DNA of 64,000 nt from Mobula hypostoma (lineage: Eukaryota), in assembly GCF_963921235.1 (NCBI RefSeq), contig NC_086097.1, forward strand, positions 94,180,001 through 94,244,000, in the 5' to 3' direction. Made by a program: the position numbers and the translations under genes. Shown piece after piece: positions 37,410 through 49,779 of the stretch; the stretch's first letter is position 1, and each line of letters starts with the position of its first letter. The notes under the pieces were generated by a model. That model ran no database searches. It worked only from the letters and a program-made list of their open reading frames with translations, and had not been told where the DNA came from.

Positions 37410-38900
37410 CAAAATTGAGTTCATTGTCATCTGCACAAGTAATTTTCTACACTAGTGCAATGAAAAACTTATTTGCAGCAGTGTCACAGGCACAGAGAAG
37501 AGAAAATCTGCAGATACTGGTATTCTGAGCAACACACACAAAATGCTGGAGGAACTCAGCAGGCCAGGCAGCATCTAGGAAAAGAATACAGTCGACGTTT
37601 CAGGCCGAAGTCCTGCCGAAGGGTCTCAGCCCAAAATGTTGACTGTACTCTTTTCCGAGATGGTGCCTGGCCTGCCGAGTTCTGCCAGCATTTTGTGTGT
37701 GTCACAGGCGCAGAGCGTCAGATAAGCAGCGTTCACAAGAAACAAAATAAACCCGAGGTATGCAGGAAAGAGCACATTTAGAACAAAAAAGAGGAAGTCC
37801 ATTGTAGTACACGGTGATGAGTGGTCAAAGTGTCCTATACTGAGGGAATGGTTAGGGTTGATTGAAGAATAGAGAGGTTAAAGAGAAGTAGCTTTTCCTG
37901 AACTTGGTAGTGTGGGACTTCAGACAACTGGACGTCCTGTCCAGTGGAAGCTGTGAGAAAGTGTCATGGCACGGCAGGTGGGGATCCTTGATGATGGATG
38001 TTGCCTTCCTGAAAGGACGTCTCATGTAGATAGTACACGTGGTGAGGAGGGGGTGCCCCGGTGTATTGCACTGACTCCATTACTCTCTGCAGCCTCCTGC
38101 GTTCCTGCGAATTTCAATTGCCGTATCAGACCATGACACAACCAGTCAGGATGCTTTCAGCAGGACACCTGTAGAAGTCGGTTGGCGTGTTCGGTGACAT
38201 ACTGAACCTCTTTAACCCTCTAAGCAAGTCAGGACACTGGCGTGCCTTCCTTGGGATTGCATCTAAGGTGCTTGGCACAGGACAGCCCCTGCATCTGAGG
38301 TATAAAAAATTATGAGGGGTAAATGCAAGCAAGCTTTTCCCACCGAGTTTGGATGAGACTAGAACTAGAGGTTACAGGTTAAGGGTGAGAGTTGAAATGT
38401 TTAAGGGGAACCTGAGGGGGAAGCTCTTTAGTAAGGAGGTGGTGGTGAGAGTGTGGAATGAGCTGTGAAGTGTTGGGTGTGGGGTTGATTGCAGCATTTA
38501 AATGAAGTTTGGGTAAGTACATGGATTGGAGGGGTATCGGGGGGCTGTGCTCCAGGTACAGCTGTAGGTCGATAGGACTAAGCAGAATGACGGTTCAGCA
38601 TGGACGAGATGGGCAGAAGGGCCTGTTTCTGGGCTGTAGTGCTCTCTAATTCTATGACTATGCTAATAACCGGGAATTTAAAGCTGCTGACCCTCTCCAG
38701 CATCGGTCCACCCATGTTGACTGGCATATGCTTGGCCTCCTTCCCTTTCTAGAAATCGACAAACAGTTCTTAGCGCCGAATTTACGGGAGGTTGTTGTTG
38801 TGGCAACACTCATTCAAGTGTCCATGCTCACTCTGGTACCGATTCCCTGCTGAGCCAGCTAACTTCCACCAAATCTCTGAACATGTTGAGATGGGGAAGA
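37410..38900 (-). mobile_element. Rex1/Babar-like LINE fragment interrupted by Penelope and CR1 (+, about 38290-38660) pieces
   Basis: RQCPDLLRGLKRFSMSP..FYRCPAESILTGC on the minus strand. Confidence 0.6.
37498..37698. mobile_element. Foldback (inverted) Penelope terminal-repeat insertion
   Basis: Two arms of about 80 bp in inverted orientation; 17-bp TSD GTGTCACAGGC(A/G)CAGAG (37481-37497, 37699-37715). Confidence 0.8.
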
Positions 38901-39625
38901 ACCTCACCACCATATTCAGCAATCAAGTATGGACTATGAGTGGTCTGATTAGTGAAGTCCTCATGCCGGGATTTGTTTATCTTGCTGTCAATGATCTTGT
39001 GGTTAAGAAACACTCCTGTCTTCGCAACCTTGTAATAGTGTTAACTATTCACTGGATAAGTGAGAAGAAGTGCTAAGGAAGTGGGCTTGTCAGCTCCAAA
39101 GACCATCCCAGGTGGTGTAACCTGACAAGGGTGTCAGTCACCAAGCTCCCTGTTTTAAATGCCTTAGAGTGGTGCATTTGGAGACAGTTAAAACCAGAAC
39201 ATATACACCCTTCTCACTGCATCACGATTTAAAACAAAAATAGAAAGTGTTGGAAAAACCTGGGAGGTAAGGTGAGATCTGTAGAGAGAAAAGCAGTTAA
39301 CAATTCAGGTCTGGAAACACTTGTTAGAACAGATGAAAGATTTGCAGCTATGTTTTAATTTCAGGTCCTGACTTTAAACTGCTACGAATGCCCTTCCTGC
39401 TGTTGAGCCTCCTCTGGCTCTCAGTCCTGTTCACTCGCACTGGCCCTGCATCCCATCCCATCTCATCCCCTCGTGCCACTACATTCACCTGAGCCTCCGG
39501 GCTGCCAATCTCCCTGGATGGCTGGACGGGCCTGGGTGATTATTTATTCAGATGATCTGTGGGACCGCCCCTTCTCTGACACATCACGGGCCTGCCCTCT
39601 CTGCCTTCTCATTGGTAAAATAAAC

Positions 39626-39783
39626 CAGTCAACATTTCAGGTTGAGAACCTTCCTTAGTGCAGATGAAGGGTCTCGACCTGAAATATCGGCTGTCCACTT
39701 CCCTCTATACAGGTTGCCTGACCTGCTGAGTTCCTCCAGCATTTCGTGTGTTGCTCCAGCTTCCAGCATCTGCAGTCTCTCTT
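39626..39783 (+). mobile_element. Penelope-like terminal repeat with short inverted arm
   Basis: CAGTCAACATTTCAGGTTGAGAACCTTC inverted against CAGATGAAGGGTCTCGACCTGAAATATCGGCTG; then CCTGCTGAGTTCCTCCAGC...CAGCATCTGCAG. Confidence 0.65.
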
Positions 39784-39873
39784 GAGCCTTCTCAGGGGAA
39801 TGTTTGATGAAGCTGGTGTGGTCTGAGCATGCACCCTCTGCAGTTAACTGTCCGTTCTTTATTTTTATTGCAG

Positions 39874-40010
39874 TGGTCATTCGGGGTGACCATGTGGGAA
39901 ATAGCATCAAGAGGTCAGACTCCGTACCCAGGGGTTGAGAATGCTGAGCTCTATGACTACCTCATATCTGGGCAGAGATTGAAGCAACCCCCAAACTGCA
40001 GCGATAAGTT
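39874..40010 (+). CDS. TYRO3: TYRO3-like exon: kinase C-lobe
   Basis: ttgcag|TGG...AAG TT|gtaagt; 137 bp; [45 protein letters not shown](L). Confidence 0.95.
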
Positions 40011-40770
40011 GTAAGTACATTTCTTGGCAGAAACCTATACGCACTGCCAGCTCACATCGTCCTGTATTTGCCGACCTACACGAGCTCCTGATCAAACAAT
40101 ATGGTGATGGTGGCTTGCTCCTTCCCCAACCTTGTAACCTCCTGGAGCTCCCCCTGAGAAACATAAAATACAGTAGCTGAATTAGGCCATTTGGCCCATC
40201 AAATCTGCTTCACCAATCAACTTTGTTTTGCTGAAACATCATTTTATCCTCAACCCCATTCTCCTACCTTTAGCTTCCTTCGATATCAAGAACTATCAAT
40301 ATCTGCCTCAAATAGCTTGGCCTCCTCAGCCCCTGTAATAAATTCCACAGATTCACCTCTCCCTGGCTGGAGAAATCCCTCCTCATTTCAGCTTTAAAGG
40401 GACTTCCCTTTATTCTGAGGCTGTGCCCTCAGATCCTCATTCTCTCCATGATCACTCTATCCAAGTCTTTCAGTTTTTGGTAGGTCTCACTATTCTCCCT
40501 TTGATTTAATTACACTTCCATTGACGACCAGGACCCTAAGCTTCAAATCTTCCTCTAAACCTCTTGGCCTCATTTTCTTTTGAGATGCTCCTTTAACCTT
40601 ATCTTCTTAGATCTCACCTACTTTGTCACACGGCATAACATGGTGTAATGTAATTGTACTGAGAAGCCCCTTGGGATATTTCACTCTTTTCAAAGCTTTG
40701 TTGAGATGTAAGCAGTTGTTGGGTTAGAGAGGTTAGCAGTGCTATGAACAAAGTTTGGGGTTGGGTTTAC

Positions 40771-40817
40771 TTATTATTATGATTATTATTATTATTATTA
40801 TTATTACTACTACTATT
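40771..40817. repeat. (ATT)n/(ACT)n microsatellite
   Basis: Direct reading. Confidence 0.9.
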
Positions 40818-42819
40818 AGCCAATAATAGGATCAACAAGAATTTATTTTGTAAAGTGGGGCAGTATAATTGATGGACCTCCCATAAAAGGGCCAAATCTT
40901 TCCGTGTGATGCCAAACTATGATAAAGTGTTAGAATGGGTCATTTTTGCAGGAAACCAATTAATATTGTGAAGTCAACCCTGGTGCATTAAAAATAGGAA
41001 ACGATGACAATAGCTTCTAAAAGGAGAAAAAATAAGGACATGGAGGATTGATTTCTTTGTTGTATCATTCCATGACTATAATCAAATGGCTTCCCATTAT
41101 GTAGTGATTTTAAATAAAGACAGGAATTTCAGTGGGCCAGGCAGCATCTGTGGAAAGAGAAATAGTTAATGTTTTGGGTCTGCAACATTTGGGGAAATGG
41201 GAAAGAGGAAAACAAGCTTGCTTTCAATTGCGGAGAAGATGGGGAGGGATGGTGATAGTTAATTGATTTAACGTTGTCACATACAGCAATGTACAGTAGA
41301 AAGTTTTTGTGTAAAAACTGTTCAGACAGATCATTCCCAACACGAGTACATCAAGCTAGTGTGTTTGTTCGTTAACTGCCTTACTGTACGATATGGATGG
41401 CCAGGGTCTTTCCATGACCATGATTGTTCTTGGCAAATTTTTCTTCAGAAGTGGTTTGCCATTGACTTCTTCTGGGCAGTGCCTTTACAAGATAGGTAAC
41501 CCCAACCATTATTGATACTCTTCAGAGATTGTCTGCCTGGCATCAGTGGTCACATAACCAGGACTTGTGATATGCACCAGCTGCTCAAAAGACCATCCAT
41601 CACCTGCTCCCACAGCTTCACTCGACCCTGATCGGGGTGGGGGAGTGGGGGGGATGTGGCTAAGTAGGTGCTACACCTTGCCCAAAGGTGACCTGCAAGT
41701 TAGTGGAGGGAAGGAGTGTCTTACACCTCCTTTGGTAGGGATGTATCTCCGTCTCGCCACCCTCACATTGTACAAAAGGAAAAATAAAGAATGCAGAACA
41801 CAGTATTAATGTTTCAGAGCAATGGTACTTCATACAGGTTTATATGCGTGACTTGCTTTTTGATTCATGCCAACCTGATACACGTAGACAGAAAAAGCAC
41901 AAGGACCTTGTGGAGGTAGATTGAACAGGTCCGTTCAAAAGTCTTAGATGGATAGAAGCTGTTTTCGAAATGAACAGAACAAAGGGAGTACCTTGGACAG
42001 AGTGAGACCAAATGGTTTAACGGTGCCACATAGTACTTTTTCTGTCTGTGTAGTGTTGTTAAACGGAGTGTCTGTGGGACATGCCCTGCAGAACAGACCA
42101 TACAAAAAGACACAGATAGTCAGCTCCGGAGGAGTTTGTAGAAATACGTAAGGGTAAGGGTAGACCATGGATTGTTCACAAAAGGAGGATCATTTTAAAA
42201 CTGAGGTACAACTAGGAGACAAGGTTGATGGGTGAACCAGACAATTGGAGTTAGGGTGGAGGCAACAGTGCTGTAGATTTCTAGCAGTCTATGGAGAGGG
42301 CAATGAGAAACCCTGGTCAGGAGTACACTGGGGTAGTCACATTGAAGTGGAACTGTAATGGGGAGAAGAAGCCATCTTTCGTCAGAATGCCATGGATCAA
42401 AAAGCAAGTATTAAACCGTTATAAAGTACCATTGCTTGGTTTAATACTTGAAACTGATTGCACAGTGGCAACCTGGGTGAAGATTAGCAGGTGACTCATC
42501 GGCAGAGCTTGATATGATTACAGGACCTAAAGGGATAGAAAGGCACAGGGCAGTTGTTTCCTCTGGTGAGAGCACAGAGCAAGTGAAACTTAAAATTAAT
42601 GCCAAATATTTCAAAGATGATCTTTGGAGTGATTGCTCATAGAAAAGGTTGCAAAAATCCAGAATACTCTGCTCAATGTTTAAGGTTGGGATCCTACAGA
42701 AACTTTCAAAATTAAGCTCCTTTTTTATTGGCTAAAGAATATTGAACCGTTAAAGGAGGTGCAGGTTCGACTTGATCTGATGGAATGACGGAGTGCGGAA
42801 AGACACTGACTGGTACATA

Positions 42820-43310
42820 GTTTGCTGAAAAACAGGTAGACTAGGTGGTGAAGGAAGCGTCTGGCGCACTGGTCTTCAACAGTCAAGGCACCAACTATAG
42901 GAACTGGAACATAAGACGCAGTTGTACAAAGCATTTGTGAGAACACACCGTGTATAGTTAATAGTTTTAGTCGCACTGTTATAGGAAAGACGTCATTAGA
43001 CTGGAGAGAGTGCAGAGAAGATTTACAAGGATCCTGCTCGGACTCAAAGGCCAGAGTTACAAGGAGTGATTGGACAGGCTGGACACGGCAGGAAAGCACA
43101 GGGAATGGGACTAAAATCTCAAGGGCTTCGGTTTAAGGTGAGAGGGGAAGGAATTGAAAGGGGCCTGAGGGGCAACTTCATTCAGAGAGTGGAGGGTACA
43201 AGGAATGAACTGGCAGAGAAAGTGGTTGAGGCTGGTACCATAACAACAGGTAAGTAAATAGGGGGGAGGGATTAAGAGGGAAATGGGACTCCTTTGGAGG
43301 GCACCGTGGA
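42820..43310 (+). mobile_element. Degraded CR1 3' fragment
   Basis: LERVQRRFTRIL, RGNFIQRVEGTRNELAEKVVEAG. Confidence 0.6.
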
Positions 43311-43425
43311 TGAATGGGTTTCCATTCTGAAAGGGTATTCTCATGCAACCGTGGAGATACTTCATGGGGTTGTGAAAGGAGGCATCTCTGATTAATGAGG
43401 ACCTTTTACCTTTCTGTTGAGACAG

Positions 43426-43798
43426 GTACCACCTGATGTGCAGCTGCTGGCATGTTGAACCCAAGCACAGGCCTACTTTTGAGTCTTTGAAAGAGTCACT
43501 GGAAAGCATCTTCCAGGGCCTTTCCCCAGTCGTAGAGCAGCACCAGCATTTCTACATGAACCTACCGAATGGGGCAGGCGCTTCCGAGTGCAATCCTGAT
43601 TGCAGTATCGCCTGCTGGCAAGTGGACCAACCAAGTTCGGACAATATGGAAGCCCCAGCTGTTTCAGACACTGCCGACTACCGTTACGTCACAGCTCCAA
43701 TGAGTTTGGTGGAAGACACAGAGGACAATACAGCAAGTGAGGCAGAGGACTATTTACAGGATGGACAAGTGGAAGGGGAAGTCATTATCTGTCTTTGA
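43426..43798 (+). CDS. TYRO3: TYRO3-like terminal coding exon: end of kinase and C-terminal tail
   Basis: gacag|G TAC...TGA; YHLMCSCWHVEPKHRPTFESLKESLE...FYMNL...DYRYV...EVIICL*; phase fits the preceding exon. Confidence 0.92.
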
Positions 43799-43823
43799 CA
43801 GCTGGAAATCTGGGCAGTGGAAT

Positions 43824-44014
43824 AATAAATAAACTGAGATCAAACCCATCAGCTGTGCCTTGATACGACACATGGACTGAACTCCTGGAGCAATGATTCA
43901 AATCCAAAATGACTCTCATGATTCCGTTGTCAATTGAAATGATCAGTTTATTGAACATGGAATATTGCTTACTGCATAGTTTTCATTGCAAAATTTTTTT
44001 TAATTTGAATTAAA
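43824..44014 (+). promoter_or_regulatory. Candidate polyadenylation signals of the TYRO3-like gene
   Basis: Overlapping AATAAA at 43824 and 43828; ATTAAA at 44009 followed by GT/T-rich sequence. Confidence 0.45.
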
Positions 44015-44139
44015 AGTGTTTTTTTTAATGTCTGTTCTCTTTGGGTGGTTGATTGAAGCTGTAATGATTTTAGCTGTTGAGTTAATCCCTCATATTAAGT
44101 AATGACCTCGTATCTATTCTCTCTCTGTCGCTCTCTCAC

Positions 44140-44528
44140 TCTGCTGCCTGCCACGCTGCTAGCGTTTAGGGCAGCAATGAATGTCTTCCATCTTTGGTGG
44201 TGTTCAGGGCTTCTTTCATCATGTCACTGGCTCAGTTTCCACTACTGTCAGTCATGCAAGCCCCAGGTGGAGACTCTGGAATATCCTCACTCTCAGATGT
44301 AGAAGGATTCTTCATTGCTGTTCCTGTAATAGTTCTGTTTGGCCAATCAGGGTTGTTGGCCCTGAGTTGAACCCCTCAAAACCTGGAGGAATGATGGTCT
44401 CTACCCTTTGACCTGTTTGGCATGGGTGACTCTACCAGGAGCCAAAGCATAAAGCCCTGACTCCAGCCAACGTTGAGGCAGGCAAGTCGCCAAACCCTAT
44501 GACAAGGTTGTGGTCCTCTTGGAGGGGC
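44140..44528 (-). mobile_element. Second copy of the RTE-related short element
   Basis: Reverse complement of 33815-34180 (AGCATAAAGCCCTGACTCCAGCCAAC; TAGAAGGATTCTTCATTGCTGTT). Confidence 0.6.
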
Positions 44529-44599
44529 TTTGTATCTGGCTCACTCATTACACCAGTATGTCAGCCAAGGGATCCAGAGTGGGGGACCAAACGGTGAGC

Positions 44600-45120
44600 T
44601 AGGTGTGTGGCCAGAGTCATGTTTTAGTTGGATAAAGCTTGGGCTCGACCGCACTTGCAGTTCTGGTCACCCTGTTACAGGAAGGATGTGGAGGCTTCGG
44701 AGAGGCTACAGAACAGGTTCACTTGGATGTTGCATGGATTAAAAGGTATGAGCTATACCAAAGAGGTCGGGCAGACTTGCTTGGATTATTTTCTCTGGAG
44801 CATCAGGAGAACTGATAGAAGTTTATTAAATTAATGAGAGGCGGAGACAGGGTGGAAAGAGTCTTTTTCCCCCCGGAGAAGAAATGTCAAATACCAGCGA
44901 GCAGAACTTTAAATGCAGGGCTTTCCGCAGACCCCTTTCTTAATGGTTTTGGGAACCCCTGCTTTAGGGTGAGAGAGATGAAGTTTAAAGAGGATGTTTA
45001 GGGGAAATTTATTTGAACACAGAGAGTGTCAGGTGCCTGGGATGAGTTGTGGTGGCGGCAGATATGATAGTGGTCTTCAGGAGGTTTTTGGATAGACAGA
45101 GAATGGAGGGATATGGATGT
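44600..45120 (+). mobile_element. CR1 3' fragment
   Basis: QFWSPCYRKDVEASERLQNRFTWML. Confidence 0.65.
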
Positions 45121-45861
45121 TATTTGCCATCATACTCCACACAGGCATTGTAGACTGCACGGTCTCTTCCCACTCTGCACTCTTCTATGTTCTGGAGAAT
45201 TTATTATACTGTCATGTAATGTACCGTAAATGAAATAAAAGTATGTTTTGGTTAGCGTTAGTGTATAACAACTAACAGTCCACAATACCTGCTGATCCAG
45301 AACTATACTCAACGGGTTGAAACATTTGGCAGCTGATCAGAAGGAGCGTTGAGGAAAGGATTGCAGGAGGGAGAGGAGCAGCTACAGATTGCTTCGATCC
45401 GGTGCATTGGTCCACGTTCAAGGGCTCATCAGAGGACCTGAATACATCACAGTTGTCACAGACTTTATAAAGTCAGTCGTAGACAAGTGTGCCCCAACAA
45501 AGTCATTTTGAGTCTTTCCCCAACCAAAACCCCTGGACGAACCAAGAGATCCGCAATATGCTGGGGGCTAGGTCACTGGCATTCATGTCCAGTGACCAAC
45601 TAAAATACAAGTGGTCCAGGTACCAGCTTCGGAAAGCCATCTCACTTGTGAGGTGGTAATTCTGGACCAAACTGTAATCACGAAGGATGCTCGACAGCTG
45701 TGGCAGGGTGTGAATGGCATCACCTCCTACAAAGTGAAACCAAGTGATACTCTCTATGTGACTACAAGGTTTCTCTCCCAGATCAGCTCAATGCTCGCTT
45801 TGACCGATAAAACATGGAGGCACCTTCACGAATTCCCAAGGCCCCAACAACCCTGTGATTC

Positions 45862-48800
45862 TGTAGGGTATTGGGTGACAGATGACACATATTGTTCAGA
45901 ATAGAAACTGCTCTACATAATTCACAAACACCACCATTGAACTGTTGTGATTAAGGCCCGTCACTGATTATGGACTGCACATGGCACACTCAGTAAGACA
46001 CTCAAAGAGCCATCCACACACATTATTCCCCTCTGTTATTGTGGAGAGTGCACGCATCACAATAAATCAACAGTCACAATTTTACACTCATCCCCAGCAG
46101 TAATAGCTATGAAAAAAAGAAATACACAGTTTAATTATCTCAGGTCAATTTATTCATATTCATCTTTCCAATAAGTGTTTTGCCAAAGTGTCGTGATAAC
46201 CTGACGTTTCTCTCCTCCACAGTGACTGGGTCTGATCCCGAGCTGCTGCATGGAGCTGTCTCATATCGAGGCAGCAGCAACCTGCACAGGTGTGCTGATG
46301 GTGGATACTGTCTTTAACTGGGTCAAGGGTGATGTTACCTAATTACTCATCTTCTGGTAAAGTTTTGGGGTTTGTTTAAGTTATTTAATTGGGAAATGGT
46401 GAATCCTATAATGAGGTATATGTGTTTATTGTGAGAACTGGCAGTAGAGTTTCAGGTTGTGTGAAAAGGAAGATAATTGAGTTAATTAGCTTTTGGTTGG
46501 TCTAGGGGGAGGGGTTTAACAGTTATAAACCTGGGGTTACCAAGGCTTTGGGTTTTTTTTTTGCGTTTAGTCTGAGGGTGGCTGTTAACCAGACAGGTGA
46601 CAATTGCAAGCTGTATACATATTGTTTTTTTTCTTTTTTTTCTTGTTTTGATGTGGACGTCCAAGTTTTTGTTTTTCCACTATTTTTGTAAATAAAAGCA
46701 CCTCAATCTATTTTTGCAACTCAAGCCATCTGTTATTGTTCTTAGACAGTTGACCCACAGTTTTTGTGACAGTTGTTGTGTTCACTCTGTGAGAGACAAT
46801 GTCTGACGTAATGACGTCAGTGTAAGGTGGCTGGTTTTGGTTTGTTCGTAATGGAAGTAAAGGGCTTTTGTTACACGCAAAAAAATGACTCGCATGTTTT
46901 ATTCATAAAATCCTACACTGGTGACCCTGACGCTGTCAGACGATTCCAGAGGTTCGCAACGTCACATCAACCAGGGCAGTCTCTTTGAGGATGTCGGAAT
47001 TTTGGGGGCAGCATGTTACTGCATGGTTTGCACAAGCGGAAGCCCTGTCTGCGCTGAGAGAAATTAACACGGACAAGGCCAAATTTTACTACGTCGTAGC
47101 ATCGCTGAATAGTTCCACTGCAGCCAGAGTGGTGAGTCTACTAGAAAGCCTGCCTGCACGCGATAGATATATCACCCTGAAAACTCACCTGTTGCGGACT
47201 TTTGGACTGTTTAAGTCTGTATGTGCCAAACAGTTGCCCTCTTTGCCCAGCCCGGGTGACACTAGGCCTTCAGTACTATTGACCACATGCTATCTTTTCT
47301 GGGCAATCATCATCCTTGTTTTATTTTTAAAGAACTCTATGCAACAAATGCCTGATCATATTTGCATAGCCCTCGCTAATAACCCGTGAAGGACTATAGG
47401 GAGCTTGCTAAAATGACTGACAGTCTACAGTCAGCTAGGCAGAGATGAATCATCCCTCCTCCTTTCCCTGTCTCAATAGTCCCTGGCAGCAGAGCCTCCA
47501 GCAGACTCGTGCCAGTGGCTCCGAAACAGACAGAGCCAGGTCTATGTTTTTACCATGCACACTTCGGCATAAACAGCAAGAAGTGGTGACTGCCTTGCAG
47601 CTTCGACAGCGCCAATGCATTGGGACCTCAGAGGTCTGTGAACACTGTGGGTTCCAGCTGCCAGGGATGTCTACTGTTCATTATCGACACCCTTTCAGAG
47701 TGACATTTCCTGTGGTCAAGTGAGTGTGCTGCCAGCATCACCCATTGATTATAAGGCAGAGAGTGAGGGGCCCTGCTGGAGGCTGACAACAGCAGCAGGA
47801 TCCGGACTTTTGGACCCAACTTGTGACGGTCTGCTTCAGTGAACAATGCTACACATGGGACTTTGTCTTTGCTGAAGTTGCTAGAACTCTGTTCAGCACA
47901 GATTTCCTGTGCACCAAAGGACTGTAAGTCGATTTTAAGAATGGCTAGCTTGTGGACACAAAGGATTTTGGGTTGTTATCGTTTACCTCCAGTAAGTTTT
48001 CCAAAACTCTGTCTAGTGTGTGCACCACCACATGTGAATTCACTCGCCTTCTGGGCGAATTCCAAAACCTTACCAAACCCACACTTTCCACTTCAGTCAC
48101 AAAGCAAGGGGGTCAAGAATCACACTTCCACAAGTGGGTCACATTTCAGAATTCATGACTGACACAGCACATCGAAGAGGAAAATGATGCAGTGGCTGAT
48201 TGCCTCTCATGGCCATACACATCTTGACCATGGCAGCTGACCAAGCTACCAACTCAGAGGTCCAAGCTGACAGGACAGCAGTCACTGGCCTGTGGTTGGC
48301 TGACATCGTTCAGGGATACAGAAGCTTCCCTCCTGTGCAATATCTTAACTGTTCGCCCTTGCCGCATAGTGCCTGAAAACCGGAGGTAAACTGTTTTTAA
48401 CTCCATTCATGGCCTCTTGTGAGAAGGCTTCACAGAAACTGGTTGCTTTAAAGTTTGTGTGAGAAGGCTTTGGTGTGCAAGGTTGGAGTGCGGTCTGTTG
48501 TGTGTCAGTGGCCGAAAATTAACCAGTATGTCAGGCACCTCTTGAGGTCCATGGGGTGTGGTTTGACCACATCAACATGGACCTGGTTGGTCCAATCTCT
48601 GCCTCCCAGCGTCTCACAAATTTCCTTACCATGGTAGACTGTACACCAGGTGGCCAGAAGTTGTCCCTTTAGCGTTGACAGTAGCTGCAGACATGGCCCA
48701 GACATTCATCAAAACCTGGTTCTCTCAGTTCAGCACCCTATCTAATATCTCTTCTGACTGTGGACCTCTGACCCAGAATTTCAGTGTTAAATTGCATCAC

Positions 48801-49655
48801 ACCACTGCACTTCACCCGCAGTCCAATGGCCTATGTGAGCAGTTTCACCGTTCCTTAAGGCTGCTCTGAGGACTTCCCTGATGGATGAGTGATCATCTCC
48901 TGTGGGTCCTGTTTGGGCTCATAACAGCTCCAGAAGAGGACCTGTAGTCCTCTGCAGCTGAGCTGATGTACGGGCAGTCACTACGGGTGCCGGCTGATTT
49001 TATTCCTAATGTCACAGTCGCCTGATTGGTGTTTCAGCAACATTCCACCCTCCTCAGTAAACGCAGTTCCCTTACACCCATTCCTACCTCCCATCACTCC
49101 AGTTGACCTACATTCTATGTCGATCGTTTTTGTCCGCCATGATGCACGTTCACACTCCCTTAAGCCCCCTACGATTTCCCATGTTTTGGAATAGAGCAAA
49201 AAGATTTTTATTGCAGATAGGAAGGGTAAACCTGAATGTATTTCTATAGATCTCCTTAAATTGGCCCACCAGGATCTGGATGGTCCCACCACCATACACC
49301 TGCATCACAACGTGACCATGTGTGTATCAGGACGTCCCTGAATGAGCCATGGGTATCTGCTGTTACTCCAACCAAGGCATGTCGGACCTGAGCTGGGTGG
49401 CTGGTATGAGCCCCAGACAGACTCCCAGTGCTGGTTTTGGTGAATACTGGGGTAATGTAACGGGTGGCAGATGACACATATTGTTCATAGTCAAAACTGT
49501 TCTACATAATTCACAAACAGCGTCATTGAGCTGTGTTCACTTTAGGAGACGGTGTCTGATGTAAAGATGTTAGTGTAAGGCGACTGATTTTGGTTTTGTT
49601 CGTAATGGAAATAAAGGCTTGTTGCTCTAGCATGTTTTCTTCACAAATCGGTACA
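45862..49655 (+). mobile_element. Gypsy LTR retrotransposon, RT-deleted
   Basis: 5' LTR 45862-46917 (interrupted about 45945-46776); PBS TGGTGACCCTGACG at 46919; gag FWGQHVTAWFAQAEA...KFYYVVASL; integrase remnants FDHINMDLVG, HTTALHPQSNGLCEQFHRSL; 3' LTR 49456-49655. Confidence 0.85.
46189..46771 (+). mobile_element. Probable solo LTR nested in the Gypsy 5' LTR
   Basis: TGTCGTGA...TTGTGACA termini; AATAAA near the 3' end; no clear TSD. Confidence 0.4.
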
Positions 49656-49779
49656 ATATTAGTCTCTGCAGCTGATGTGAAAGCATCCTTCAGGAGGGTG
49701 AACAATCGAAAAGCGTCTGGCCCAACAAGGTACCTAGCTAAGTACTTAAGACCCGTTCTGATCAACTGGTTGGAGTGTT

